A stretch of DNA of 64,000 bases from a virus (Duplodnaviria; Caudoviricetes), in IMG/VR virus record IMGVR_UViG_3300048672_000282, positions 810 to 64,809 of that record. One strand, given 5' to 3'. A program made the position numbers and the translations under genes. Below the pieces are notes generated by a model. The model made no database searches, was not told the origin of the DNA, and was given only the letters and a program-made list of their open reading frames with translations. This document shows positions 17,520 to 25,260 of this stretch, piece after piece. Each line of letters opens with the position of its first letter. Positions within the stretch are counted from its first letter, which is position 1.

Positions 17520-18443
17520 TTATATCTTGTTTCTCTTTATGGCATCAAGTTCGTATTTAAGTTTCCCGGCCTCTTTTTTCCAGTAATTGTGTGATTTTTT
17601 ATGTTCGTTTAAGTCGATCTGAATATCATTTAAAATCAGCATTTGATTGTTAAATTTATTGTGCCAAGATTGCGCTTCATTAAGTGCCGCCGTTAACTGA
17701 TCGTTACTTAAAAAAATTGATTCAAGTTCTTTGTTTCTTTCTTCAAGTTCTTTGTTTCTTTCTTCAAGTTCTGTGATTCTTTTTCTTAATTCTGCCTCTG
17801 TTTGCCTAAGTTCTTTTATCTCGAATAACAGCGTTTCTTCATTTGACGGCATGTTGACAGTTTCTTTTTTAATGTCAGGTTTACTAGGTTTTGCTGCCGC
17901 CTCTTTTATTGCCTCATTGCCTTTTTTTACGATGGTTTTTTGTTCGGCTTCCGGTAGTTTTGAAACTTTACTGGCAGCGTTTAAACTTATTTCTCCATCT
18001 CTCAACTTTTCTACTACTTCGGGTATTGCATTTTCTTGAACTTTTTTAGCTTTTTGAACAGAATCACGACTTACATTTAGCAATGACGCGGCCTGAGCCT
18101 GAGAAGTGCCTGAATTCAGGCACTTATTTTCTACAGGTCTATATGCAGGTAATTGAGCCATATTTGATGCTACTAAAGCTCGTTGACCGGCGTCCAAATG
18201 CCGTCTAAAAAGATTTAAACTCAATACATACTGGATAGGATCGTCGCCATCATATTCGACAAATTCAGCCTTAATATCTGCCGCTATACATGCCGAATAT
18301 CTATTTCTCCCGTCCAGTATTTTGTCCTGAAATAAGACTATCGGCTCAAGCAAGCCATTTTTTTTAATGTCAGCGGTTAAATCTTTTAACTCTTCCCCTG
18401 ACATTTTTGGGAATATGTTGGCTATCTCATGGCTTTGATACAT
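17520..18443 (-). CDS. parB: ParB/Spo0J-like protein (ParB N-terminal domain, HTH, coiled coil)
   Basis: DIKKNGLLEPI, ILDGRNRY, SLNLFRRHL; HTH SQAQAASLLNVSRDSVQKA. Confidence 0.85.
   Translation of the reverse strand: MYQSHEIANIFPKMSGEELKDLTADIKKNGLLEPIVLFQDKILDGRNRYSACIAADIKAEFVEYDGDDPIQYVLSLNLFRRHLDAGQRALVASNMAQLPAYRPVENKCLNSGTSQAQAASLLNVSRDSVQKAKKVQENAIPEVVEKLRDGEISLNAASKVSKLPEAEQKTIVKKGNEAIKEAAAKPSKPDIKKETVNMPSNEETLLFEIKELRQTEAELRKRITELEERNKELEERNKELESIFLSNDQLTAALNEAQSWHNKFNNQMLILNDIQIDLNEHKKSHNYWKKEAGKLKYELDAIKRNKI
18104..18127. repeat. 22-bp perfect palindrome inside parB; 24 bp identical to 1931-1954 (candidate parS-like site)
   Basis: AAGTGCCTGAATTCAGGCACTT(AT) read directly. Confidence 0.9.
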
Positions 18444-18798
18444 TCTCTATCTCCTCTTTGTTATCACCCATTAAAGCTTCTATATCATCGATATACACAT
18501 CAAGGCCATCGGCGTAACTTACCCACGCACCTATCGTTTGATTCGGCAAACTTTTCATTGTTTCCTCCAGTGATTCAAGCCCTTCACCGCATAGCCCTTT
18601 ACCATGCCACAAGCCAGTCGTTTCATCAATCACAATGCCGTTTTTATAAACAAAGTCTTGTTGACTACAGGGGTGTAATACTTCACCATCATCTAAAAAG
18701 TAGTCTATCGGGATAAGTGTAAGCTCGCCTCGAAAGCATTTAGCGACCGCTAGTGCTGGGTTTTTGTTTTTCAATGTTTTTAATTTTCCCACTTCCAA
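18427..18798 (-). CDS. Hypothetical protein
   Basis: ORF tiles the operon. Confidence 0.5.
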   Translation of the reverse strand: MEVGKLKTLKNKNPALAVAKCFRGELTLIPIDYFLDDGEVLHPCSQQDFVYKNGIVIDETTGLWHGKGLCGEGLESLEETMKSLPNQTIGAWVSYADGLDVYIDDIEALMGDNKEEIENVSKP

Positions 18799-19082
18799 CC
18801 CCCGCTTTGACTTTTAAAATTTCTGCAATAAACTCGTTTAAAATATCTCTGCCCATCAAGTTCGTAGGAAATGATCTGCTGTTTACTATTTCTGATTGCT
18901 CTTCAATCGTTTTCATCGCTTTCTATCTCCTCTTTAATATCTAAAATCGCATGACAAAATTCAATCGCGTATTTTGGGTTAAGACTGATAAATGCGCTGG
19001 TTCCTTGCTTAATGAAAATCTGTCCATCGAATTCATAGACAGTAATTTTTTGCTTTTCAATTTCTTTCATTGTCTTCATTAC

Positions 19083-19328
19083 TCAATTTTCACCTCTCAA
19101 AAATTCTTTACCTGCATAAGTTAAACCCTCCCTATCCCACAACAACACAATATCTCTACAATGAGGTGATGATAAAATATCATTATATAACGTCCAATAA
19201 ACTGCATGTGTTGTATTGCCATAATCATTTGTGTATTGCCAAATTGTATATGCTTGCGGATCACCAGGATAAACCCCGTCATTTTTCAGCATTGTTGTGA
19301 TTATTTCTTTTGAATCAATAGTGCTCAT
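19083..19328 (-). CDS. Hypothetical protein
   Basis: 81-aa ORF; NDGVYPGDPQ motif. Confidence 0.6.
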   Translation of the reverse strand: MSTIDSKEIITTMLKNDGVYPGDPQAYTIWQYTNDYGNTTHAVYWTLYNDILSSPHCRDIVLLWDREGLTYAGKEFLRGEN

Positions 19329-19331
19329 TTT

Positions 19332-19739
19332 TTACCCCTTACAGATTGATAATGCCAACATAGCAGCGTCACGCTCATGCTGGTTTGATTTTCCTTTCCA
19401 GCCGGTTATACATTTAAATTCATCGGCATTTATCTTGCCAAGCGGCTTTTGAATAACATAATCACGGTTTTTTTTATGCAGATACTTAATAATCAGTTCT
19501 GCTTCCCGCAAACAACTACCAACACGAATACCTGTGCTACCAATAGCTGCTCTGCTAACTGACTTTGTATGCCAAATGTGCCGGGTATCTGGAAGTTCAA
19601 CAACAACAATTGCATCAGGATAACTATCAATGTTGTAAATAGCATCCCAAAAATCGACGGTGCATAATACTATTAGATTTCCGTCTTCTGCTATAGCAAA
19701 GCCAGTTGAACTTCCCGGGTCGATTCCTAGAGAGATCAT
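19332..19739 (-). CDS. RuvC-like Holliday junction resolvase
   Basis: LGIDPGSSTGFA, VVVE, ITGW.G.SNQH.RDAA. Confidence 0.8.
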   Translation of the reverse strand: MISLGIDPGSSTGFAIAEDGNLIVLCTVDFWDAIYNIDSYPDAIVVVELPDTRHIWHTKSVSRAAIGSTGIRVGSCLREAELIIKYLHKKNRDYVIQKPLGKINADEFKCITGWKGKSNQHERDAAMLALSICKG

Positions 19740-19924
19740 AATTTAAAAAACTCCGCTAATTTTTCTAATGTTTCTTCTTGAGGGTAGGTAGTACGCCCTG
19801 AGCACAGAAAATACAGCGTATGACCATGTAAACCTGTTTTCCTAGCAACATACTTTAGTCGACGACTCTTTTTTACAGCCCTTAATTGCTCAATTATTTT
19901 ATTCGCTATTTCATCACTTATCAT
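19736..19924 (-). CDS. Cro-like HTH regulator
   Basis: 62 aa, LKYVARKTGLHGHTLY...P..ETLEKLAEFF; first gene of the leftward operon. Confidence 0.75.
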   Translation of the reverse strand: MISDEIANKIIEQLRAVKKSRRLKYVARKTGLHGHTLYFLCSGRTTYPQEETLEKLAEFFKL

Positions 19925-19951
19925 TTTTTTATATCCTTTTTAAAATATTTA

Positions 19952-19988
19952 TTGACAATCATTATACCATCTATATAATTTTTATCAA
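19952..19988. promoter_or_regulatory. Overlapping divergent sigma70 promoters
   Basis: Plus strand TTGACA(19952)-16-TATAAT(19974); minus strand TTGATA(19988)-16-TATAAT(19966); located at the strand switch. Confidence 0.75.
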
Positions 19989-20084
19989 GCCAAACTACTC
20001 TTAGACGTGGTAATCAGGCTTAAAAAGATTGTAGAACGTCCAAGCTGGTGCGATGCCAGCATCACTAACTAACGAGGATAAAAA

Positions 20085-20342
20085 ATGAAATATAAATTTA
20101 GACAATATAAAATTTCTGCGGAGATGGTTGATGCTATAAAAAGGTATACAGACAACAAAGTACAGCCAGGCGAATTTTTAACTCATATAATCTGTAATGA
20201 TCCCATTCGAGATTGTATTGAATCTGCTGACTCACAAAACATGGCTAATCTTCCCGCATTTTTAGCCTATTTTGTTAATGAAGCTCCCAGTCAATGTTGG
20301 GGAAGCCGTGAGAAAATGGAGGCATGGTTAAGTGAAAAATAA
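20085..20342 (+). CDS. Conserved phage hypothetical protein
   Basis: PG.FL....CND, ..N.AP.QCWGS.EK..AW motif; GAGG RBS. Confidence 0.7.
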   Translation: MKYKFRQYKISAEMVDAIKRYTDNKVQPGEFLTHIICNDPIRDCIESADSQNMANLPAFLAYFVNEAPSQCWGSREKMEAWLSEK

Positions 20343-20405
20343 AAATATAACAAAACGATACCACAAAATATATAGGATAATGTATCAATTAAACGAGGTG
20401 AAATC

Positions 20406-21080
20406 ATGCAAGTATATGAGTCTATAGCAGCAGTAACCGGCGAGTTGGCTAAAGTTGGGATCGCTAAAACAAAAAAAAATGAAACTTATGGCGCAAGCTA
20501 TATGTTCAGAGGCATTGATGATGTGTATAACGCGCTGTCCAAGCTCCTGTCAGAACATAAGTTATGTATCCTGCCAAGGGTACTTAAAAGAGACGTAAAT
20601 GAGCGTATTACAGCAAAGGGAAATCCTATTTTTTATGTTGTCCTCGATGTTGAATACGATCTTGTAAGTGCGATAGATGGTTCAAAACATACAATTGCAG
20701 TAATTGGCGAAGCAATGGATATGAGCGACAAAGCAACAAATAAGGCAATGTCGGCGGCTTATAAGTATATGGCTTTGCAAGTATTTTGCATACCAGTTAA
20801 GGGAGAAAACTTTGATACTGATTTTGAAACTCATAAAGTTAAATCAAATAAAGTACAAAAAACAATCGATTCATCATTGCTAGAAGAATACGAATATGCA
20901 ATTAAAAACTCACTTGGATTGAAAGAATTAAGTGCATTATGGCTAACTATTCCAAGACAATATCATATATTACTGAAACAAGTTAAAGATGACATGAAAC
21001 TTAAATTTTCTTATCCTGCTACTAATATGCCTGATGACGATGTTCAGGATTATCCTTCAAATTTTAACGAGGAAAAATAA
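20406..21080 (+). CDS. erf: ERF-family single-strand annealing protein
   Basis: FRGIDDVYNAL, GEAMD.SDKATNKAMSAAYKY...Q.FCIP. Confidence 0.88.
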   Translation: MQVYESIAAVTGELAKVGIAKTKKNETYGASYMFRGIDDVYNALSKLLSEHKLCILPRVLKRDVNERITAKGNPIFYVVLDVEYDLVSAIDGSKHTIAVIGEAMDMSDKATNKAMSAAYKYMALQVFCIPVKGENFDTDFETHKVKSNKVQKTIDSSLLEEYEYAIKNSLGLKELSALWLTIPRQYHILLKQVKDDMKLKFSYPATNMPDDDVQDYPSNFNEEK

Positions 21081-21081
21081 A

Positions 21082-21771
21082 ATGGTTAGCATAGTATTCG
21101 ATATTGAAACAATACCAACACAAGACACGCAGGTAATTAACGCTATTTACGATAGCATTAAGCCACCTGCAAACTACTCAAAACCTGAAACAATAGCAAA
21201 ATGGTATGATGAAAATAAAGAAGCAGAATTTGAAAAGGTTTATCGTAAAACGGCATTAGATGGGTTATATGGCGAGATAATTTCTCTCTCTTGGAAGATA
21301 GACGATGAAGAAACACAAGTTGTTTATAGGCCGCAATATGAAGACGAATATCTGTTAATAAGTGCGTTTTTAAATAAAATTTCCAACTTAACTGATAAAT
21401 ACGGTCAGCGTACTACAATATCAACCTGGATAGGGCATAATGTTTTTTGGGACTTACGATTTTTGTGGCAAAGGTGCATAATGAATAATATTAAACCATC
21501 TATTCATATACCTGTCGATGTTCGCCCGTGGGAAACAGATAAAGTTTTTGATACTATGATTACTTGGGCAGGTAACAGCAGTCAGTATTCAGGAAAAAAA
21601 GGTTTAGATGATTTGTGTACTCAAATGGGCATAGGCGGTAAAGGCGATATAGACGGATCAAAAGTACATGACTATTGGCTTAATAAACGCTATGAGGAAA
21701 TAAGTTTATACAATAAACAGGATGTGGAAATGACTTACAAATTATATCAAAAACTAACCTTTAAAGACTAG
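21082..21771 (+). CDS. DEDD 3'-5' exonuclease (PolB-exonuclease-like)
   Basis: VFDIETIP, GHN..WDL, DTM, YN.QDV; GAGG RBS before ATG 21082. Confidence 0.85.
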   Translation: MVSIVFDIETIPTQDTQVINAIYDSIKPPANYSKPETIAKWYDENKEAEFEKVYRKTALDGLYGEIISLSWKIDDEETQVVYRPQYEDEYLLISAFLNKISNLTDKYGQRTTISTWIGHNVFWDLRFLWQRCIMNNIKPSIHIPVDVRPWETDKVFDTMITWAGNSSQYSGKKGLDDLCTQMGIGGKGDIDGSKVHDYWLNKRYEEISLYNKQDVEMTYKLYQKLTFKD

Positions 21772-21861
21772 CCATGAAAACACTATTACTTTTCGTATGC
21801 TTTTTTGTAGTTGCATTTGTAATTGCTTATGCAATGACTGGATTTACAACAGGATTATGAT

Positions 21862-22149
21862 ATGGAAATAATATGGTTAGAAGAAAAGAATGAAAAATCT
21901 GCAATTAGACAGTGGCCCACTGGTTTTTTATTGAATGGTAAACAAAAAATCCCTAAAGTTTTAGTTCATTGTATTACTGAGTACGTCCCCTGGAAAGCAA
22001 TGTGCGTTGATCACAAGCCTCTGAAAATATCAATTTATGATTATTCTAACGAAAAACCATTGTTAAGAACAATCAATAGAGAGTTTGAATCCCTATTAGA
22101 TATTAGGCTTTGGTGTAATGAATTTTTTAAGGATTTATTACGCAATTAG
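21862..22149 (+). CDS. Hypothetical protein
   Basis: Last ORF of the rightward operon. Confidence 0.5.
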   Translation: MEIIWLEEKNEKSAIRQWPTGFLLNGKQKIPKVLVHCITEYVPWKAMCVDHKPLKISIYDYSNEKPLLRTINREFESLLDIRLWCNEFFKDLLRN

Positions 22150-23707
22150 AAGTAGTTAGTGTGTTGCCAGAATAGGTATTTCCTCCGCTATCACCATAAA
22201 CAGGTGTAGGAGCACAAATTCTATTATTGGTAACACTATTTCCATTAGAACTGCCTCCATAAGATAAACCAACATAATTAGTTCCTACGGTATTGTTAGT
22301 AATAGTATGGTTTGACGTATAATTTATTCCTATACCATAACCCCCCACGCCACCATATATTCTATTCCCGCTTATAGTTACATTAGTTAGTTTGTCTGCT
22401 GTTACAGCCGCACCAAATAATTCTAATGCAACTACATAATTATTTATAAAATCATTATTTAATATCTGAATATTATTAGTTGATGTATCTACATCAGGTT
22501 CAACATCTATTCCAACTTGCGGTGAAGTGCCGTTAGTATTTTTGAAAACTGAATCTTTAATAACTATACCATTTCCATGAATGAGTCCTAATCCTGCCCT
22601 GCGGTTATTATCAGCTACTACATGATCGAATGTGACATTTGTTGGTTGTGTACCCCCAGCATTACCTATATAAAACCCATCCCCCCAGCAATCCTTTGCA
22701 GTAACAGTGTCTACATAGACATTGCTGGAACTCAAAACGCTCAAACACATGCCCCATTCCCCACCTATTCCGGTATGTGTTGAACGGTCTCCTTGTATTG
22801 TGCCTCCAATAATAGTTATATTGTTTATATTAGATGCTTTTACAATATTGTATCCTTGTTGATTATTTGTTATAGCTTTAAGAATAGCGTTGCTTGTCAT
22901 TTTAAAAGTCATATTGCTTTTTAAATTTAACGAAGTTAACGCATCAATCATATATGTACCATCAGGGATTAATACAGTTTTTCCAGTTCCTCCTGCTTGG
23001 TTGATAGTTGCTTGAATTGCCGCTGTATCGTTAGCTACTCCATTACCAATAGCACCATAATTTTTTACATTTAATTCAGAAGGTGCTGGTGATGGCGTAG
23101 GAATTGACAAGGTTATAAATGTTTTATCTTCTGATATGGCCTCTACACCAGCCTGATTTATAGAATGTGCTCGATAATGATATGTGCTTTCAGCAACCAA
23201 TCCAGTTAATTGCTGCAAATGAGCACTATAATTAAAACTGGTTTCTTTTGCGCCCCATATTCCATACTGATTAGTTAAACCATATTCTACTTGTCCTGTA
23301 GCATATTGATTTAATGACCATGATATTTTTGCTGTTGTTTGTGTAATTGATGACGATGTTAATGCGCTTATTGTTAACCCAGGAATCGGTGTAGGCGTTG
23401 GTGTAGGCGTTGGTGTAGGCGTTGGTGTAGGCGTTGGTGTAACTGTGGGGGTTGCCGTAGGAATCGGTAACATCTGTGATATTGATACTGATGATGTTGG
23501 AACCAAAATATGTGATCTTCCTGAACCCGATATATAATAATATCCAGCTATTGAAGCCTTTTCCCCTTTTTGAAGATTAATAGTATCTGCATTTGAAACA
23601 CTCATTAAAAATATAAAAAGAACACATAAAAATACTGTTATCCATAAAAATATACCAGCTCCATCTGATTCATTATAGCTATCATAACCACGTTTATCAT
23701 TTTTCAT
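22127..23707 (-). CDS. Membrane-anchored or secreted protein: TM/signal, Pro-Thr linker, Fn3-like domain, pectate-lyase-like right-handed beta-helix
   Basis: Hydrophobic N-terminus; (PT)n; NVKNYGAIGNGVANDTAAIQ; DCWGDGFYIG; GIDVEPD. Confidence 0.8.
   Translation of the reverse strand: MKNDKRGYDSYNESDGAGIFLWITVFLCVLFIFLMSVSNADTINLQKGEKASIAGYYYISGSGRSHILVPTSSVSISQMLPIPTATPTVTPTPTPTPTPTPTPTPTPIPGLTISALTSSSITQTTAKISWSLNQYATGQVEYGLTNQYGIWGAKETSFNYSAHLQQLTGLVAESTYHYRAHSINQAGVEAISEDKTFITLSIPTPSPAPSELNVKNYGAIGNGVANDTAAIQATINQAGGTGKTVLIPDGTYMIDALTSLNLKSNMTFKMTSNAILKAITNNQQGYNIVKASNINNITIIGGTIQGDRSTHTGIGGEWGMCLSVLSSSNVYVDTVTAKDCWGDGFYIGNAGGTQPTNVTFDHVVADNNRRAGLGLIHGNGIVIKDSVFKNTNGTSPQVGIDVEPDVDTSTNNIQILNNDFINNYVVALELFGAAVTADKLTNVTISGNRIYGGVGGYGIGINYTSNHTITNNTVGTNYVGLSYGGSSNGNSVTNNRICAPTPVYGDSGGNTYSGNTLTTSNCVINP
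23388..23441. repeat. 12-bp tandem repeat encoding the Pro-Thr linker
   Basis: (ggtgtaggcgtt) about 4 copies. Confidence 0.9.
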
Positions 23708-24027
23708 TTTGCACCTTTTACTGCACCCTCTACTATTGATTCAACAATAGAGTTTAATTGTTTCATACCTTTGCTTTGATTCGAGTCTATTGAGCCTATA
23801 GTTACAGACCTTGATTCTGGTGTAGTAGTAGCATCAAAACTTTTAATTACCTCATCAGTTCCTATTCTCATTCCCCAAGCATCAGTTGTCGATCCGTCCG
23901 CTGCTTTGCTATGATATGATACCGTTCCACATGCTGTTAGCATCATTATCAGCAATAATATAAACAAAAACAGCCAGCAATCCTCATGTATGCCTAAAAA
24001 GCAATGCTCTTTATTTCGTACCATCAC
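23704..24027 (-). CDS. Lipoprotein (possible spanin-like lysis accessory)
   Basis: Hydrophobic stretch followed by lipobox LTAC; follows the holin-like gene. Confidence 0.6.
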   Translation of the reverse strand: MMVRNKEHCFLGIHEDCWLFLFILLLIMMLTACGTVSYHSKAADGSTTDAWGMRIGTDEVIKSFDATTTPESRSVTIGSIDSNQSKGMKQLNSIVESIVEGAVKGAK

Positions 24028-24193
24028 TCACCCCCACACCTAAACCACCAGCTACCATTCCAGTTATTGTCATAACCGCCATTGCATGTTCTTCCGTAGA
24101 AAACACGATAAAAAAAAGGGCGATTAAGCTACCAATTAGCCAAACCGCCCCTCTCAAAGTTGATGCTTCATTTAAATCAATTTCTATTTTCAT
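24011..24193 (-). CDS. Holin-like protein with two TM segments
   Basis: 60 aa, EASTLRG motif, two hydrophobic segments. Confidence 0.6.
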   Translation of the reverse strand: MKIEIDLNEASTLRGAVWLIGSLIALFFIVFSTEEHAMAVMTITGMVAGGLGVGVSDGTK

Positions 24194-24236
24194 TTGACAC
24201 CAATCCTAGTTTATAGTAAATTATTTGCTCGTTCAT
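24177..24236 (-). CDS. 19-aa leader ORF overlapping the holin start
   Basis: Strong RBS GAGGAG; MNEQIIYYKLGLVSNENRN. Confidence 0.45.
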   Translation of the reverse strand: MNEQIIYYKLGLVSNENRN

Positions 24237-24286
24237 GAATAAACTCCTCGTAGTACCTTTAGCCTCGTTAATTCGGGGCTTTTTTA
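24229..24286 (+). ncRNA. Putative cis-antisense sRNA of about 55 nt
   Basis: TTGACA(24194)-17-TAAATT promoter; contains anti-SD ACUCCUC; terminator AGCCTCG-TTAATT-CGGGGCT-TTTTT on the plus strand. Confidence 0.55.
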
Positions 24287-24982
24287 ACTTATCAATTTTG
24301 TCCGGTATTTTATACCAAATTCAATAAGTCTTTTTTTTCTATCTGCGTAATCTAATCCAGCCATAATAAAAGATTCGTTTCTTCGTCTTACCTGAGATAA
24401 AAATATAGCGTCATCATTTGACAATATCTTTTCATCTATTGCTTTAAATTCATTAGTAACAATAAAATTACATAATTTATTTTCACATATAAAATGTTTT
24501 GATTCTGTCTCTTTTTTTTGATCTTGTCTGTATTCAATTAAAGCATCCATCATCGGATGATGTGCATGTCTTTTTTCTTCCATGATTGATTTACGAGGAG
24601 GATTTGAAAAATTGTCTCGATAAAACAAATAAGCTTCAACAAGTTTTCTCTGTCCTTTATGCGCCTCCCTTCCACCAATAAAAGGCATAATAATTAGAGC
24701 TTCTCTTTCTGGCAATAAAGCTAACTCATAATTTTTACCACGCTTCTCATAAGTATCCCATTTTATGTTGCCAACTAATATTTCATCCATCCTGTCAAAT
24801 TTTTGACCGTTCCCAAATGAGCCGCCAGATTTTTGAGCAAAAACTGTTTTTATAGTTCTAATTACATTTTTATGTGGCCTTCCAAATATTTCAGCAATAG
24901 TCAAAGAAGATACCATAGGTTTACCATGATTAATTTCTATTACGTTTGCAATTTTTAAATCTGTTTTCATATTTACCACCAT
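24284..24982 (-). CDS. rha: Rha-family regulatory/antirepressor protein
   Basis: VSSLTIAEIFGRPHKNVIR; FIGG..A..Q..LV.A; start re-assigned from 25117 to the ATG after the AGGTGG RBS. Confidence 0.75.
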   Translation of the reverse strand: MVVNMKTDLKIANVIEINHGKPMVSSLTIAEIFGRPHKNVIRTIKTVFAQKSGGSFGNGQKFDRMDEILVGNIKWDTYEKRGKNYELALLPEREALIIMPFIGGREAHKGQRKLVEAYLFYRDNFSNPPRKSIMEEKRHAHHPMMDALIEYRQDQKKETESKHFICENKLCNFIVTNEFKAIDEKILSNDDAIFLSQVRRRNESFIMAGLDYADRKKRLIEFGIKYRTKLIS

Positions 24983-24990
24983 TTTAATAA

Positions 24991-25056
24991 TTCCACCTAA
25001 AAAGGATTGTGGCATGGAAGTGGTGGAACTTCCCGTGTTGCAACACGTTGCCACAA
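24991..25056 (-). promoter_or_regulatory. Three-way-junction RNA leader whose loop can pair with the rha RBS
   Basis: TTGTGGCA...TGCCACAA closing stem; loop-region TTCCACC complementary to GGTGGAA. Confidence 0.55.
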
Positions 25057-25059
25057 ATT

Positions 25060-25260
25060 CTAACCCGCATAACTGTTCTTGTGCTTTTCTGCCGCTATCA
25101 TAACATATCGATCCCAATTTCCAGGTATATCGGGATGTCTTTCTTTAATCCTATGCTTTAACGTTGACTCTGCATTTATAATTGTTGTGGCATCAATATC
25201 AATAATACCATCAATAGCCGGTGCGTCTTTATAGTAAAACTGGTAAGTGAATGTTATCAT
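25060..25260 (-). CDS. Hypothetical protein
   Basis: 66 aa; ATGA overlap with the polyvalent gene stop. Confidence 0.5.
   Translation of the reverse strand: MITFTYQFYYKDAPAIDGIIDIDATTIINAESTLKHRIKERHPDIPGNWDRYVMIAAEKHKNSYAG

Noticed and set aside
17720-17772. 21-bp tandem duplication (ELEERNK twice) in parB
   Set aside because: Simple heptad duplication in a coiled coil
20040-20062. T-arm-like hairpin GCTGG-TGCGATG-CCAGC in the rightward leader
   Set aside because: No matching acceptor stem or D arm; probably an ordinary leader hairpin
24983-25117. N-terminal extension of the rha ORF (MGSICYDSG...)
   Set aside because: Overlaps the upstream gene and the RNA leader; Rha similarity and the RBS favour the ATG at 24982
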